The notes under the pieces are model-generated. The model was not told where the DNA came from. It saw only the letters and a program-made list of their open reading frames with translations, and made no database searches. The position numbers and the translations under genes are program-made. Shown piece by piece: positions 8,125-17,393 of a stretch of 41,027 nucleotides of DNA (its first letter is position 1; each line of letters begins with the position of its first letter). The stretch comes from a virus. Lineage: Duplodnaviria > Caudoviricetes. Where the stretch lies: IMG/VR virus record IMGVR_UViG_3300017548_000196, positions 1-41,027 of that record. One strand, 5' to 3'.

Positions 8125-9327
8125 ATGATGAAATCACAACTCAATCTATTCAGTGCCTACCGCAGCACGTTCCACGAGCAAGAAGAGCTCACTATCCGAA
8201 GCATGCAATCATACGGACCGTTGTATGATCATTGGGTATTCGCGTGGAGCGGCGGCAAAGACAGCTCAGCTACACTAACATATATCATTTACTTAATCGA
8301 ATCTGGGCAAATCGTTGCCCCCAAAAAGATTACAGTATTGTTGGCAGATACTCGACTAGAGCTGATGCCCCTTTGGTTAACTGCACAAACGATAATCGAG
8401 CAGCTTCGTGCCCGAGGCATTGAGGTACACATCGTAACGTCAGAACTCGACAATCGGTTCTTCGTCTACATGTTTGGCAGGGGAGTGCCTCCACCATCCA
8501 ACACCTTCCGTTGGTGTACGCCTAAGCTCAAGATTGATCCGATGATGGGCAAGCTACACGATCTGTACGATCACAATGGCGGCAAATTTCTTTTACTTAC
8601 CGGCGTTAGGCAAGGCGAAAGTGCTCAACGTGATGGGCGCATAGCTATGTCGTGCGGAAAGAACGGCGCTGAGTGCGGTCAAGGTTGGTATCAGATTACC
8701 GCCCCGGATGATATCTGCGATAAGCTCGCGCCATTACTTCATTGGCGTGTATGCAGCGTATGGGATTGGCTCAAAGTGTTCGCCCCGTCTGCCAAATACG
8801 GTTCATGGGCCACGGCTGCGATTGCTGATTGCTACGGCGGCGATGCCGCCGAAGAAAAGAATGCGTGTACCGGTTGTGTCGGTTGCAATCTCGCCAGCAA
8901 AGACCTTTCGTTAATGCTCGTTTGCCAGCTGGCGGACTGGGAATACCTTTCGCCATTGTTCCGCCTCAGGCAAATTTATGCCGAACTCAAGAAGCCCCAG
9001 AACCGTCTTCGTAAAACAGGACTGCAAACCAAGAAAGACGGATCATTCGCAAAGAATCAAAACCGCATGGGTCCGCTCACGTTCGATGCTCGTTTGTGGG
9101 GATTAGGTCAAGTTCTGGACATTCAAAACGAGATCAATGACGCGGCGGCCGCTACGGACCGCCCGACCATCGACTTAATCAATTCGGAAGAAGAAGCCCG
9201 GATACGGCAGTTGGTTGACGACGGAACATGGCCACACGGATGGTCCGGAGATGAGCAACGCGCTGACGAGTTCTTTTTACAAACCTACGCGGATGGTTCC
9301 ACCCAGTACGCACTATTTGGAGAATAA
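8125..9327 (+). CDS. PAPS reductase family protein (DndC-like)
   Basis: PP-loop WSGGKDSS, ADT, PPPSNTFRWCT..LKIDP, GVRQGES..R, TGCVGC. Confidence 0.85.
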   Translation: MMKSQLNLFSAYRSTFHEQEELTIRSMQSYGPLYDHWVFAWSGGKDSSATLTYIIYLIESGQIVAPKKITVLLADTRLELMPLWLTAQTIIEQLRARGIEVHIVTSELDNRFFVYMFGRGVPPPSNTFRWCTPKLKIDPMMGKLHDLYDHNGGKFLLLTGVRQGESAQRDGRIAMSCGKNGAECGQGWYQITAPDDICDKLAPLLHWRVCSVWDWLKVFAPSAKYGSWATAAIADCYGGDAAEEKNACTGCVGCNLASKDLSLMLVCQLADWEYLSPLFRLRQIYAELKKPQNRLRKTGLQTKKDGSFAKNQNRMGPLTFDARLWGLGQVLDIQNEINDAAAATDRPTIDLINSEEEARIRQLVDDGTWPHGWSGDEQRADEFFLQTYADGSTQYALFGE

Positions 9328-9344
9328 ATAAAAGCAATAAAAGC

Positions 9345-9587
9345 ATGATTAAATCAAAACTAATTGAATTCGAAACCAAGCGCCAGTTTTACAAAGGCGA
9401 AAGGTACATGCGTGGCACGCTAGTATTCCAAAGAACTCTATTGGGCATCATCAAATGGCGCAAGACTATAGTTTACGACGTGACCATGTTCGGTGACTTT
9501 GCTACGTACAAAAAACATTGGCAATCAATGATAGACACAGGTGCAAACGTCCCATCGAATATTATTAAAAACAGGATAATATTCTAG
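9345..9587 (+). CDS. Hypothetical phage protein
   Basis: 80-aa ORF in tight operon. Confidence 0.6.
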   Translation: MIKSKLIEFETKRQFYKGERYMRGTLVFQRTLLGIIKWRKTIVYDVTMFGDFATYKKHWQSMIDTGANVPSNIIKNRIIF

Positions 9588-9589
9588 CA

Positions 9590-9811
9590 ATGAAACTCAC
9601 CCTACAATTCTCCGACGATGAAATCCTAGCATCACTCAAAGCCCACGGCTACGAGGTAGTAAGAATAGAGAAAAAGCATGAAGACCACATCCACGGAAGT
9701 AGGCACATCACAACAATTCGATGGGACTTTATCGCCATCAAAGACGGAACCGCCCTGCAATTCGAAAAAGCATTCGAACAATTAATCAAAAGCAAATTAT
9801 TAACACGTTAA
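9590..9811 (+). CDS. Hypothetical phage protein
   Basis: 73-aa ORF in tight operon. Confidence 0.6.
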   Translation: MKLTLQFSDDEILASLKAHGYEVVRIEKKHEDHIHGSRHITTIRWDFIAIKDGTALQFEKAFEQLIKSKLLTR

Positions 9812-9812
9812 A

Positions 9813-10121
9813 ATGGAGGATTACAAAATGGAAATCAACAATTTGAAAGAACAATTACGGTCCGTATGGAAGTCAGAAGGCTACGATGACGAGACAATCA
9901 ACCAAGTATTTGAGTTTATTGATAGAGAAACAATCGATGGAAGGGGAGATTGGGTGAAATTGCCTGATCTTAATTTTCTGTACTGTGTAAAACACCTTAC
10001 CGACAGCATGTGGCATGAAAGCTTCGAAGAGCCGTTTTACCGGCAGTTGGAGAAGGATATTAGAAGTGGAGTCACATTCGCCTTCTACATAGAAAATGGA
10101 TTGTTAGCATGGGAACGTTAA
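9813..10121 (+). CDS. Hypothetical phage protein
   Basis: 102-aa ORF in tight operon. Confidence 0.6.
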   Translation: MEDYKMEINNLKEQLRSVWKSEGYDDETINQVFEFIDRETIDGRGDWVKLPDLNFLYCVKHLTDSMWHESFEEPFYRQLEKDIRSGVTFAFYIENGLLAWER

Positions 10122-10142
10122 AATTTTAGGAGGAACCGAACA

Positions 10143-10406
10143 ATGAAACATAAACGTAGAAAGCAGACAAAACAGGGATATGTTCGGAGCATATACCGTA
10201 GAAACGGTGGAGTTTCAGCATTTATAGCCAGTTCCGTCGCCGTAATCGCTGGTATTGAACATGACATCAGTGTTACGGGGGCACTGGTTGCTGTAATAGC
10301 CTTCACCGCCATAATATTATGGTTCACCGGCATCACCGGGATAGATGAATTTGAAGATAGATACAGGGATTATGTCAAAGATTACGAAGAAAGGAACAAA
10401 CAATGA
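10143..10406 (+). CDS. Small two-TM membrane protein
   Basis: Basic N-terminus, two hydrophobic segments, charged C-terminus. Confidence 0.6.
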   Translation: MKHKRRKQTKQGYVRSIYRRNGGVSAFIASSVAVIAGIEHDISVTGALVAVIAFTAIILWFTGITGIDEFEDRYRDYVKDYEERNKQ

Positions 10407-10888
10407 AACTAACACCACAACAAGAAGCAATCATCGAACGGGCAACCAACGCCTACGTTAGTGTCGACCACCCCAGCGGCAGCCAGCAGGAATCAGTAGC
10501 CCGCGAGGCTCACAGTTACGGTATGCGCCGTATCCTGTCCACGCCTGAAAAGTACGGCTTAATACCGGTACCATCTAAAGAGCCAAATTGCAATGCGTTC
10601 GGATATAAAGCATTCAAAATCCTTTTTGGTGGCGAACGCTATTGGATATGTGCCCGGACGGATATCGAAGCGCTTCAGACAATGGTGACCGATGTAGGTA
10701 TCGATTTTTCCGATTTCGATCATGAAGACAGCATCGAAGTCATTCCCGCCGACCAATGGCCGCAACTCAACATTGTAGACCCAGAAACCGATCTGGAAGA
10801 GCACGCCGAACTGGAGATATTAGAAACCCTGGCTCAGCACATGGCCGCCGCCAAAACACCGGGATTTATCGCATCAACAGACTATTAA
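10403..10888 (+). CDS. Hypothetical acidic phage protein
   Basis: 161-aa ORF, ATGA overlap. Confidence 0.65.
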   Translation: MKLTPQQEAIIERATNAYVSVDHPSGSQQESVAREAHSYGMRRILSTPEKYGLIPVPSKEPNCNAFGYKAFKILFGGERYWICARTDIEALQTMVTDVGIDFSDFDHEDSIEVIPADQWPQLNIVDPETDLEEHAELEILETLAQHMAAAKTPGFIASTDY

Positions 10889-10889
10889 C

Positions 10890-11252
10890 ATGAAAACGAT
10901 AGAAATACCACATCCATACGAAACATGGGCCGAGTTCTTTGCAAGCAACCCCCAGCTTATCGAAAACCCACCAATGGGAGCAAACACTAAGGTTATATTT
11001 GATAAAGGGTTAGGAACAATTCGCCCAGACCTGGTTCTTCTTTTTGACTTATTACTTTTAGCAACAAAGGAGAAAACCCAGTCATTTTTTAATCATCAAG
11101 AATTGGATGTTCTAATACGTGCTTTGCATTTTATTCGGAATGATGTTAGGCAGATGCAACTTCCAGCCGACGAACGAAGCGTAACGTCATTACTTGATAA
11201 AATGTACGCGTTAAAAGATCGACAATATCAGTTAAATCGCCCATCAAAATGA
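10890..11252 (+). CDS. Hypothetical phage protein
   Basis: 120-aa ORF in operon. Confidence 0.6.
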   Translation: MKTIEIPHPYETWAEFFASNPQLIENPPMGANTKVIFDKGLGTIRPDLVLLFDLLLLATKEKTQSFFNHQELDVLIRALHFIRNDVRQMQLPADERSVTSLLDKMYALKDRQYQLNRPSK

Positions 11253-11776
11253 CGCTATCATTCTCCACCAAATGGCCAGCCCGCATGCAATCATGCGCTT
11301 GCCAACCCAACTACTTCCTAGAGAAGATATGGAGCGGATTCCACCACAAAGGAATGCTGGGCCCGCTTGAACGAATCGATTACGACCAAGAGCACAAAGA
11401 ACGATTTGGCAGCTATTGGGATGGATGGTACACTCCAGACACAACCCTGCCCAAGCTCCACACCATCCGCCATGGCCACCGATGGAAACCCGGCATGAAA
11501 ATACACATGGTCATCAATAACCGATCAGCCAACCGGTTCCAGTTCGCGCCGGTACTTACGGTTACAAGTGTACAGGATCTAGTAATTCGGCATTGGTCAG
11601 GATTTCGGGGGGGAAATCCGGTAGATGTGTATATCGACGGCCGTTATTTATTTCGGGATAATAAAAAGTTGGCATTGGCCAAAAACGACGGCTTTGAATC
11701 GCTTGAACATTTTTTCCAGTGGTTCAATACTGATTTCACCGGGCAAATTATTCACTGGACATCCTTAAGATACTAG
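11249..11776 (+). CDS. ASCH/PUA-like domain protein
   Basis: LSFS...KLHTIR...RWKPG...LAKNDGFESLEHFFQWF pattern. Confidence 0.6.
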   Translation: MTLSFSTKWPARMQSCACQPNYFLEKIWSGFHHKGMLGPLERIDYDQEHKERFGSYWDGWYTPDTTLPKLHTIRHGHRWKPGMKIHMVINNRSANRFQFAPVLTVTSVQDLVIRHWSGFRGGNPVDVYIDGRYLFRDNKKLALAKNDGFESLEHFFQWFNTDFTGQIIHWTSLRY

Positions 11777-11778
11777 CC

Positions 11779-12117
11779 ATGGAAAAGCAATTCATCGTTG
11801 CCCAAACACCGGACGGGAAAGTGCTTCGCCCCATCAACGTGCCCTATCCCAATGAAGATGACCAGGAAGAGGAAGGCATCTTCCAGTTAGCGGACGCCGT
11901 ACTGTACAAGCAGCTCACAGCCGACTTGCCGTACATCGGCCGGCGGCTGGTTGGTGACCACGTATGTGAATCGGAGATTAAAACCATAAAGGAAATCCGA
12001 TATACACCAAAATGGTTCACGTCCACCAACGATAAAAACTTCCTCTACGCAAAAAGCCGACCCGATCGGTATGAGACCAGGATAACCTACGCAGATATCG
12101 CACCACCGCCATCGTAG
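11779..12117 (+). CDS. Hypothetical phage protein
   Basis: 112-aa ORF, last of early operon. Confidence 0.6.
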   Translation: MEKQFIVAQTPDGKVLRPINVPYPNEDDQEEEGIFQLADAVLYKQLTADLPYIGRRLVGDHVCESEIKTIKEIRYTPKWFTSTNDKNFLYAKSRPDRYETRITYADIAPPPS

Positions 12118-12119
12118 TA

Positions 12120-12374
12120 TCACAGTCCGTGCCGCTCCCGTTCCAAGTCCATGGCCGCAAACATCACGTTGATGAAGTCTTGCGGCCATTTCAATTTATA
12201 GTTACCGCCCAACTCCCATTGTTTCTCGGATTTCCTGTAAAAAAATGTGTGGTGTACCCCATGCTTGTCTTGTATATAGATATGCGCACTACCGCCGAGA
12301 TTGTTCATGGTGTACGCCACCCGCTTATGCTCCCCGAAATACTCAAACGCCAAAAATCCATTATAACTTTCCAT
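12120..12374 (-). CDS. Moron-like hypothetical protein (84 aa, start revised to 12374)
   Basis: ATG 5 nt downstream of a canonical TAACTTTG -7 box. Confidence 0.6.
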   Translation of the reverse strand: MESYNGFLAFEYFGEHKRVAYTMNNLGGSAHIYIQDKHGVHHTFFYRKSEKQWELGGNYKLKWPQDFINVMFAAMDLERERHGL

Positions 12375-12379
12375 GCTAA

Positions 12380-12412
12380 CAAAGTTAGCTAAAAAATCCA
12401 CTGGAAAACAAA
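12380..12412 (-). promoter_or_regulatory. Bacteroidota housekeeping-type promoter
   Basis: Minus strand TTTG (12412-12409), 21-nt spacer, TAACTTTG (12387-12380). Confidence 0.7.
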
Positions 12413-12636
12413 CAGCCCTACAACCCAATATCCAACCCAACGCCCAGCCCCAAATCATATACGCCATTCTCAGCGCGTTAAAATCCGCCCCGTCACCCTT
12501 TCCTTATCGTACTCCCTTCAACATCGTACTGATGCTACAAGTGGCCGCCGGCCACGCCGCTTTCCATGCGCGCCTTTTGCGCGCCTCATGGCGGTTTTCG
12601 CCCCAAACCCCTCGGCATAATATTGCACCAAAAAAA

Positions 12637-12868
12637 TGTAATAATGTAATAGCTTCGCAAGAAAGACTATAAAAGGGCTGGAAGCGAATGTATTACAGTA
12701 TTACAGTATTACAATTTTTCTTGTAATAGAAAGAAGAGTATTACAAATAAAATGTAATGCAATTTCACGTTACAAAACGCTTCCCAGTCCGTTACAAACC
12801 GAAATTACTAGTTTGTAACGGGTAAAACACTGAAAAACAAAGCCTTATTACATTGTTACAACGTTACA
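12637..12868. repeat. Iteron-like TTACA/TGTAA cluster, candidate replication origin
   Basis: 14 copies in both orientations; GTATTACA x3 at 12690-12713; 11-bp inverted repeat 12789-12799/12811-12821. Confidence 0.65.
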
Positions 12869-12958
12869 CGATTTTCGTGCACTTTTACCACCACATATTT
12901 GGGAGAAAGGGAAAGCATCATATTTCGGACCGCGGTCGCACCCAACAAATTCACCTAA

Positions 12959-12994
12959 AATAAATACCATATTTTCAACTTTTTAGGTTGAAAA
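12959..12994. promoter_or_regulatory. Operator-like site 1 (TTTTCA-N11-TGAAAA)
   Basis: 31/36 identical to 13588-13623. Confidence 0.65.
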
Positions 12995-13041
12995 TCAGCC
13001 ACAAAACCCCTATATTAGTGTCATCATTTAACATTAGTCAG

Positions 13042-13587
13042 ATGATCGTTCTTATAGATATCAAAAAACCCATGCTCCGCGAATACCTGCATTCGCAGTT
13101 CGCTTATGAAAGCGAAGCATTCAGCGTATTCCGTCACAACACATTTGGCAAGGCCCTATGTGCAATGGTGAGCAAATCAGACCTGCCGGTCAAGCATCCC
13201 CAGTCAGACCAGACCGTCCGCATCCGGCTCCCCAATACCAAGTCCATCCGGAGCCACCGCAATCACTTCCTGTATTACACCACCGAAGACCAGCTCAAGC
13301 TAAACGACCTGTTAGAGGTCCGATTCGAAATAGACTTTGAGTCCTACTACCAGGCAGGCATCCGGCTGGGCATGATGCAAAAAGATGTCATCCACAATTT
13401 CATCGTACAGCGTAAATTGGTATCGATGATTGGCGATGTCGAAACGCTTAAGAAAAGGCAGTACCGCAAAGAGAAAAACGCCATCGAAAAGGTGGCAAAC
13501 CACCTGCTCCAGAAGATTCACTACAGGGATAGCATCATCAAAAAGACTTTACAAACGGCTTATCGGCTCAATGCCAGTCCGTTGTAG
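13042..13587 (+). CDS. Hypothetical basic protein, candidate late-gene regulator (ATG 13042 preferred over TTG 12988)
   Basis: Between the ori-like region and head genes, flanked by operator-like repeats; function inferred from position only. Confidence 0.55.
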   Translation: MIVLIDIKKPMLREYLHSQFAYESEAFSVFRHNTFGKALCAMVSKSDLPVKHPQSDQTVRIRLPNTKSIRSHRNHFLYYTTEDQLKLNDLLEVRFEIDFESYYQAGIRLGMMQKDVIHNFIVQRKLVSMIGDVETLKKRQYRKEKNAIEKVANHLLQKIHYRDSIIKKTLQTAYRLNASPL

Positions 13588-13623
13588 AATAAATACCCGG
13601 TTTTCAACTTTTTAACTTGAAAA
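13588..13623. promoter_or_regulatory. Operator-like site 2 (TTTTCA-N11-TGAAAA)
   Basis: Direct repeat of 12959-12994. Confidence 0.65.
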
Positions 13624-13629
13624 ACAGTC

Positions 13630-14019
13630 ATGAAACAACGCATCAATATCGTTTGCTCGCTCAAATTCACCAAACTGGCCGACGTCGTCCGATACATCGA
13701 TAACCACGACGGAACCGCCACGCTTGAAACCAGCCAGCTCACCACACTGCCTATTTACCCTGGCGGCGCCCGGATGACCGTCTCGGTCGACCATATAGAC
13801 GGTGTCGAGCAATTCTCCACGCAGATCACCGCCCGGCTCAAAGAAATCATCCCAACCAGGTGCGTCGGTATACTCGTGGTCGAAGTTTGCGACGACGCCA
13901 CCTATATAATAGGCACCGACGATCTTCCCGTCCGCTTCCAAACCACCTATGCAACCACCTCAAAAAACCTGCAAATCTCTCACGAAAACAATCATTTTCC
14001 GCTTGTAATGGCCGTTTAG
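13630..14019 (+). CDS. Hypothetical phage protein (possibly structural)
   Basis: 129-aa beta-rich ORF upstream of protease. Confidence 0.65.
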   Translation: MKQRINIVCSLKFTKLADVVRYIDNHDGTATLETSQLTTLPIYPGGARMTVSVDHIDGVEQFSTQITARLKEIIPTRCVGILVVEVCDDATYIIGTDDLPVRFQTTYATTSKNLQISHENNHFPLVMAV

Positions 14020-14020
14020 C

Positions 14021-14055
14021 GTCCTTTCTACCGCCAGCGCATCAGGGTAATCTTG
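14021..14055 (+). promoter_or_regulatory. Putative late promoter 1
   Basis: GTCCTTT-N20-TAATCTTG. Confidence 0.7.
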
Positions 14056-14071
14056 CTAAAACAAGATACCC

Positions 14072-14998
14072 ATGCAGCGCATTCTCCATTCCAACTGGCA
14101 ATTCCACCTTATAAGTACCCTTCTTCGGGGCCATTTTTTTATTGCCCCAGACCAGGCCGTGGCCATGGCCGGCTCAGTCCAGTCCATCATCAACCGCGAT
14201 TGGGATGGAATCGATAAGACCGTCGACTTGAATAGCATGGACGGGCGCGCCAAATTCCCCATCGCCGTGGGCAACGCAGTTAACGGCTTCTTCGGCGACC
14301 TGGACCAGGCACCCGATGGCTCCACAGCAATCATTCCTTTAAAAGGCACCATGCTCAAATATGGCACCTGGTGTAGCTACGGTACCGAAGAGGTCGCCTA
14401 TGCTATACGTACATCCGCCGTCCACGAAAAAATCAATTCCATCGTGCTCGATACCGATTCCGGTGGCGGAAGCGTGGATGCCGTCGCCCCAGTCGTACAG
14501 GCCATCGAGTTTGCTCGCTCACTAGGCGTACCGGTAGTAGCATCGGTAGATATGGCATGTTCCGCCGCCTACTGGGCCGCATCCGCTACAGACAGAATCA
14601 TTGCAGATAACAGCATTTCAGCAACCGTCGGTTCCATCGGCGTCATGATGTCGTTCTGGGATGTCAAAGGCTATTATGAGAAACTCGGATACAAGCTGCA
14701 TACCGTCTATGCGCCCGAGTCCGACCATAAGAACCTGGCATTCGAAAACGCACTCAAAGAAGACTACGACCTGCTCAAGTCCGAAGAGCTATCTCCCCTG
14801 GCCATCGGTTTCCAGAACGCGATAAAAACAAACCGGGCCGGAAAGTTAGACCTCGAAACCACGGGCCTGCTCAATGGAAAAACCTTCTACGCCCAGCAAG
14901 CACTCAACGTCGGCCTCATCGATGAGATCGGCAACCGCGAACGTGCGGTTGAGTACGCCCAGCAGCTGGCCATACGCAACGAATTTCTCAAATCATAA
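14072..14998 (+). CDS. S49 (SppA/ClpP-like) head maturation protease
   Basis: DSGGG, ACSAAYWAAS, VGSIGV, GLIDEIG motifs; precedes capsid gene. Confidence 0.9.
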   Translation: MQRILHSNWQFHLISTLLRGHFFIAPDQAVAMAGSVQSIINRDWDGIDKTVDLNSMDGRAKFPIAVGNAVNGFFGDLDQAPDGSTAIIPLKGTMLKYGTWCSYGTEEVAYAIRTSAVHEKINSIVLDTDSGGGSVDAVAPVVQAIEFARSLGVPVVASVDMACSAAYWAASATDRIIADNSISATVGSIGVMMSFWDVKGYYEKLGYKLHTVYAPESDHKNLAFENALKEDYDLLKSEELSPLAIGFQNAIKTNRAGKLDLETTGLLNGKTFYAQQALNVGLIDEIGNRERAVEYAQQLAIRNEFLKS

Positions 14999-15024
14999 TT
15001 ATTCACCCACAATCCCCAAAAGCC

Positions 15025-16668
15025 ATGTTTAAAAAGCTGATGACCATCTTCATGTCCGCGTTGAAAATTCAGGCGTTTTCAAAAGACGAATCTGGAAAGA
15101 GCGTGCTCACTGAAGACCAACGTACAGAACTAGAAGGTCTGTTCGGAAAAGATGCCGTATCCAAGTTTGAGACAAAACTTGCCGATTACAAAGAAGACGC
15201 TTCCGAAGAAGATGCCGACGATCTTGTCGCCGCCATCCGCGAGCACAACGCCACCACCGTAGCCACTCAGCTTACCCAGCTGCAACAACAATTGGCGCAA
15301 GCCAATAAAGACAAAGAGACACTGCAAGCCACAGTCGCCCGGTTGAGTGACGAACCCGAAGAAACTCCAAAGCCGGAAGGTAACGGCAATAAGCTGCCCC
15401 GTAAGGCTGGCGTAGCCAAGGTGATCAATGTCAACATGTCGTTGCCACATTATACGGCAGCTGCCGATTTCCTACGCAACGGTGTGTTCACCGGTGCTGC
15501 CACGGCAACAATCGACGTGATCGATATAAAGAATGAGTTTGGCACCTTCCTTAGCCAAAATCAACAAAACCTCGAAATCATCCGGCAATTGTTTCAGGAT
15601 TTCACGTCGGCAAAGTACTTCCGCACCGTGCCTGCAACCACGGAATACCGGGCCATGCAGGCACTGATCAACTCGGTGGTACAGCAATTCTCACCGAAAT
15701 GGACCCCGGCTGGTAATACCAAGTTCACCCCGTTGGTGATCAAAAACCGCCGCCACAAAATCAACTTCCCCATCATCCCGGCTCAAGTGCTCGATTCGTA
15801 CCTGTTCTACTTGTATGATGAATCCCTGGCACCTGACCAGATGCCTATCACCAAGTACATCTGGGATACGTTGATCTATCCTAAACTGCTTGAAGATATC
15901 GAGTTGCGTATGCTCGGTAAGGGTAAGTATGTCGAGCACGAGTGGAACTCCATCAATGAAGGCGATGCCGGTACTCCTCCGGAAGACGGCATGGACGGCG
16001 TGGAAACCATTCTCGTGCAACAGAAATCCCTTGGAGCAAACAGCAAGGTCAATTTCTTCACGCCATCATCTCCATTCGATTTTGCAACCGCCACTGACCA
16101 GGAAGTTCTTGATTTCGTGGAAGAGTTTGTCGACTGGATTAGCCCATTCTATCGCAATCGGACCATGAACATCCATTGTTCGCACGAATTCTGGAAGCGG
16201 TACCGCCGGGCGTATAAGAAAATATGGGGCACGAATTCCGGTCAGGCTGGAGATTTTGGAAACGACAAAGTCGATTTTTCCAACCAAACGCTCGTTCCGC
16301 TCGACTGCCTGTATGGTTCGCATATCCTTTGGAGCACACCCGCCGAGAACCAGGTCAAGTTGCGCCACAAGAACGATGTGCCCATGGTCATCAACGATGT
16401 ACAAAAAGTCAATTACGAGGTGCGCCTGTTCGGTGAGTTCTGGTTCGCCGCTGGATTTGCCATCGCTGAAGCCGTGTTCGCATATGTGCCCGATGGATAC
16501 AATCCGCAAGCAGTTCTCGCCAGCACCTACGGGTCATCCACCAAGTTCCGTGACGGGTCAGACCCACGGTCTGAATCCGACATCTATGTAGATATGCCGG
16601 GTGCCGCAGAAAGCTACGGGTCATCCAGCGCCAGCGCTTCATCCGCGGGTTCAAGCAGCAGCATCTAA
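15025..16668 (+). CDS. Major capsid protein with N-terminal scaffold-like coiled coil and Ser-rich C-terminal tail
   Basis: 547 aa after protease; coiled-coil N-terminus; ends SYGSSSASASSAGSSSSI. Confidence 0.75.
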   Translation: MFKKLMTIFMSALKIQAFSKDESGKSVLTEDQRTELEGLFGKDAVSKFETKLADYKEDASEEDADDLVAAIREHNATTVATQLTQLQQQLAQANKDKETLQATVARLSDEPEETPKPEGNGNKLPRKAGVAKVINVNMSLPHYTAAADFLRNGVFTGAATATIDVIDIKNEFGTFLSQNQQNLEIIRQLFQDFTSAKYFRTVPATTEYRAMQALINSVVQQFSPKWTPAGNTKFTPLVIKNRRHKINFPIIPAQVLDSYLFYLYDESLAPDQMPITKYIWDTLIYPKLLEDIELRMLGKGKYVEHEWNSINEGDAGTPPEDGMDGVETILVQQKSLGANSKVNFFTPSSPFDFATATDQEVLDFVEEFVDWISPFYRNRTMNIHCSHEFWKRYRRAYKKIWGTNSGQAGDFGNDKVDFSNQTLVPLDCLYGSHILWSTPAENQVKLRHKNDVPMVINDVQKVNYEVRLFGEFWFAAGFAIAEAVFAYVPDGYNPQAVLASTYGSSTKFRDGSDPRSESDIYVDMPGAAESYGSSSASASSAGSSSSI

Positions 16669-16693
16669 GCGCACCAAATCAGTAGCAATCAAC

Positions 16694-16717
16694 GCCGGTA
16701 CCCTTCGCGGTACCGGC
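16694..16717 (+). terminator. Hairpin after capsid gene (weak terminator or stabiliser)
   Basis: GCCGGTACC-CTTCGC-GGTACCGGC, poor U-tract. Confidence 0.6.
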
Positions 16718-16750
16718 ATTTACAAGAAAAACCGATAAAAATTTTCACTC

Positions 16751-17314
16751 ATGTACGTAAATGCATCAGTACCCAAAAAACGCGGTCCCGTTGGCGCTCC
16801 GCGTCCTAAAAATCCAACCATCCTGCTGTTCAATACCCGCGACGTAGTGGCCGATCCAGCCCGCGACGATAAAGGGGTGCTCATAGCTGGCGACCTCGAA
16901 CTCAAACCCGATGCCGTCGGTATAGCCGTCTATGCGACGTCATCCACCATCAGTCGCGGTAAAACCATCGAGGGAGATGAAGATGCCGAAGGAATCGTTG
17001 ACACGCTCACGTTTGCACACCCTGGCAATTCGCTGGAAATAGATGAATTCATTCAAAACAACCTTGGTGAAGGGTTCATCATCATTACCCGCGAATGCGG
17101 TGACGGACTCGGCAACCGCTTGCACGGCACCATCTGCAACCCGATGAAGTTCACGCTCGAAGGGCAAGACGACAACGAGGCCGTCCGGAATACCTTCACG
17201 TTCACACAACCATTACCATCGAATTTATTGCCCGCGCATTACCGCGGCGCAATCCCCGCCGTCGCGCCCGATCCCGAAGAAGGGTCAGCATCCGGCAGTG
17301 GTAGCAGCGTATAA
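16751..17314 (+). CDS. Putative major tail (tube) / structural protein with Ser-Gly tail
   Basis: 187 aa acidic beta-rich protein bracketed by hairpins; ends EEGSASGSGSSV. Confidence 0.55.
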   Translation: MYVNASVPKKRGPVGAPRPKNPTILLFNTRDVVADPARDDKGVLIAGDLELKPDAVGIAVYATSSTISRGKTIEGDEDAEGIVDTLTFAHPGNSLEIDEFIQNNLGEGFIIITRECGDGLGNRLHGTICNPMKFTLEGQDDNEAVRNTFTFTQPLPSNLLPAHYRGAIPAVAPDPEEGSASGSGSSV

Positions 17315-17335
17315 TTAGCCGTTGCATTTCCCCCG

Positions 17336-17368
17336 ACCCCGCGGTTCATCCATGGCCGCGGGGTTTTT
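17336..17368 (+). terminator. Intrinsic terminator
   Basis: ACCCCGCGG-N11-CCGCGGGGT followed by TTTT. Confidence 0.75.
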
Positions 17369-17393
17369 ATCCAATCACCAAAAACAAAACACC

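Noticed and set aside
8125-12117. Complete Dnd/Ssp phosphorothioation cluster
   Set aside because: Only the PAPS-reductase-like gene is present; neighbours show no DndD ATPase or desulfurase motifs
12373-12672. 99-aa + strand ORF
   Set aside because: Overlaps a minus-strand promoter and the iteron field; low-complexity translation
12637-12868. CRISPR or mini-array
   Set aside because: Repeats are 5-11 bp, in both orientations, with no regular unique spacers and no cas genes
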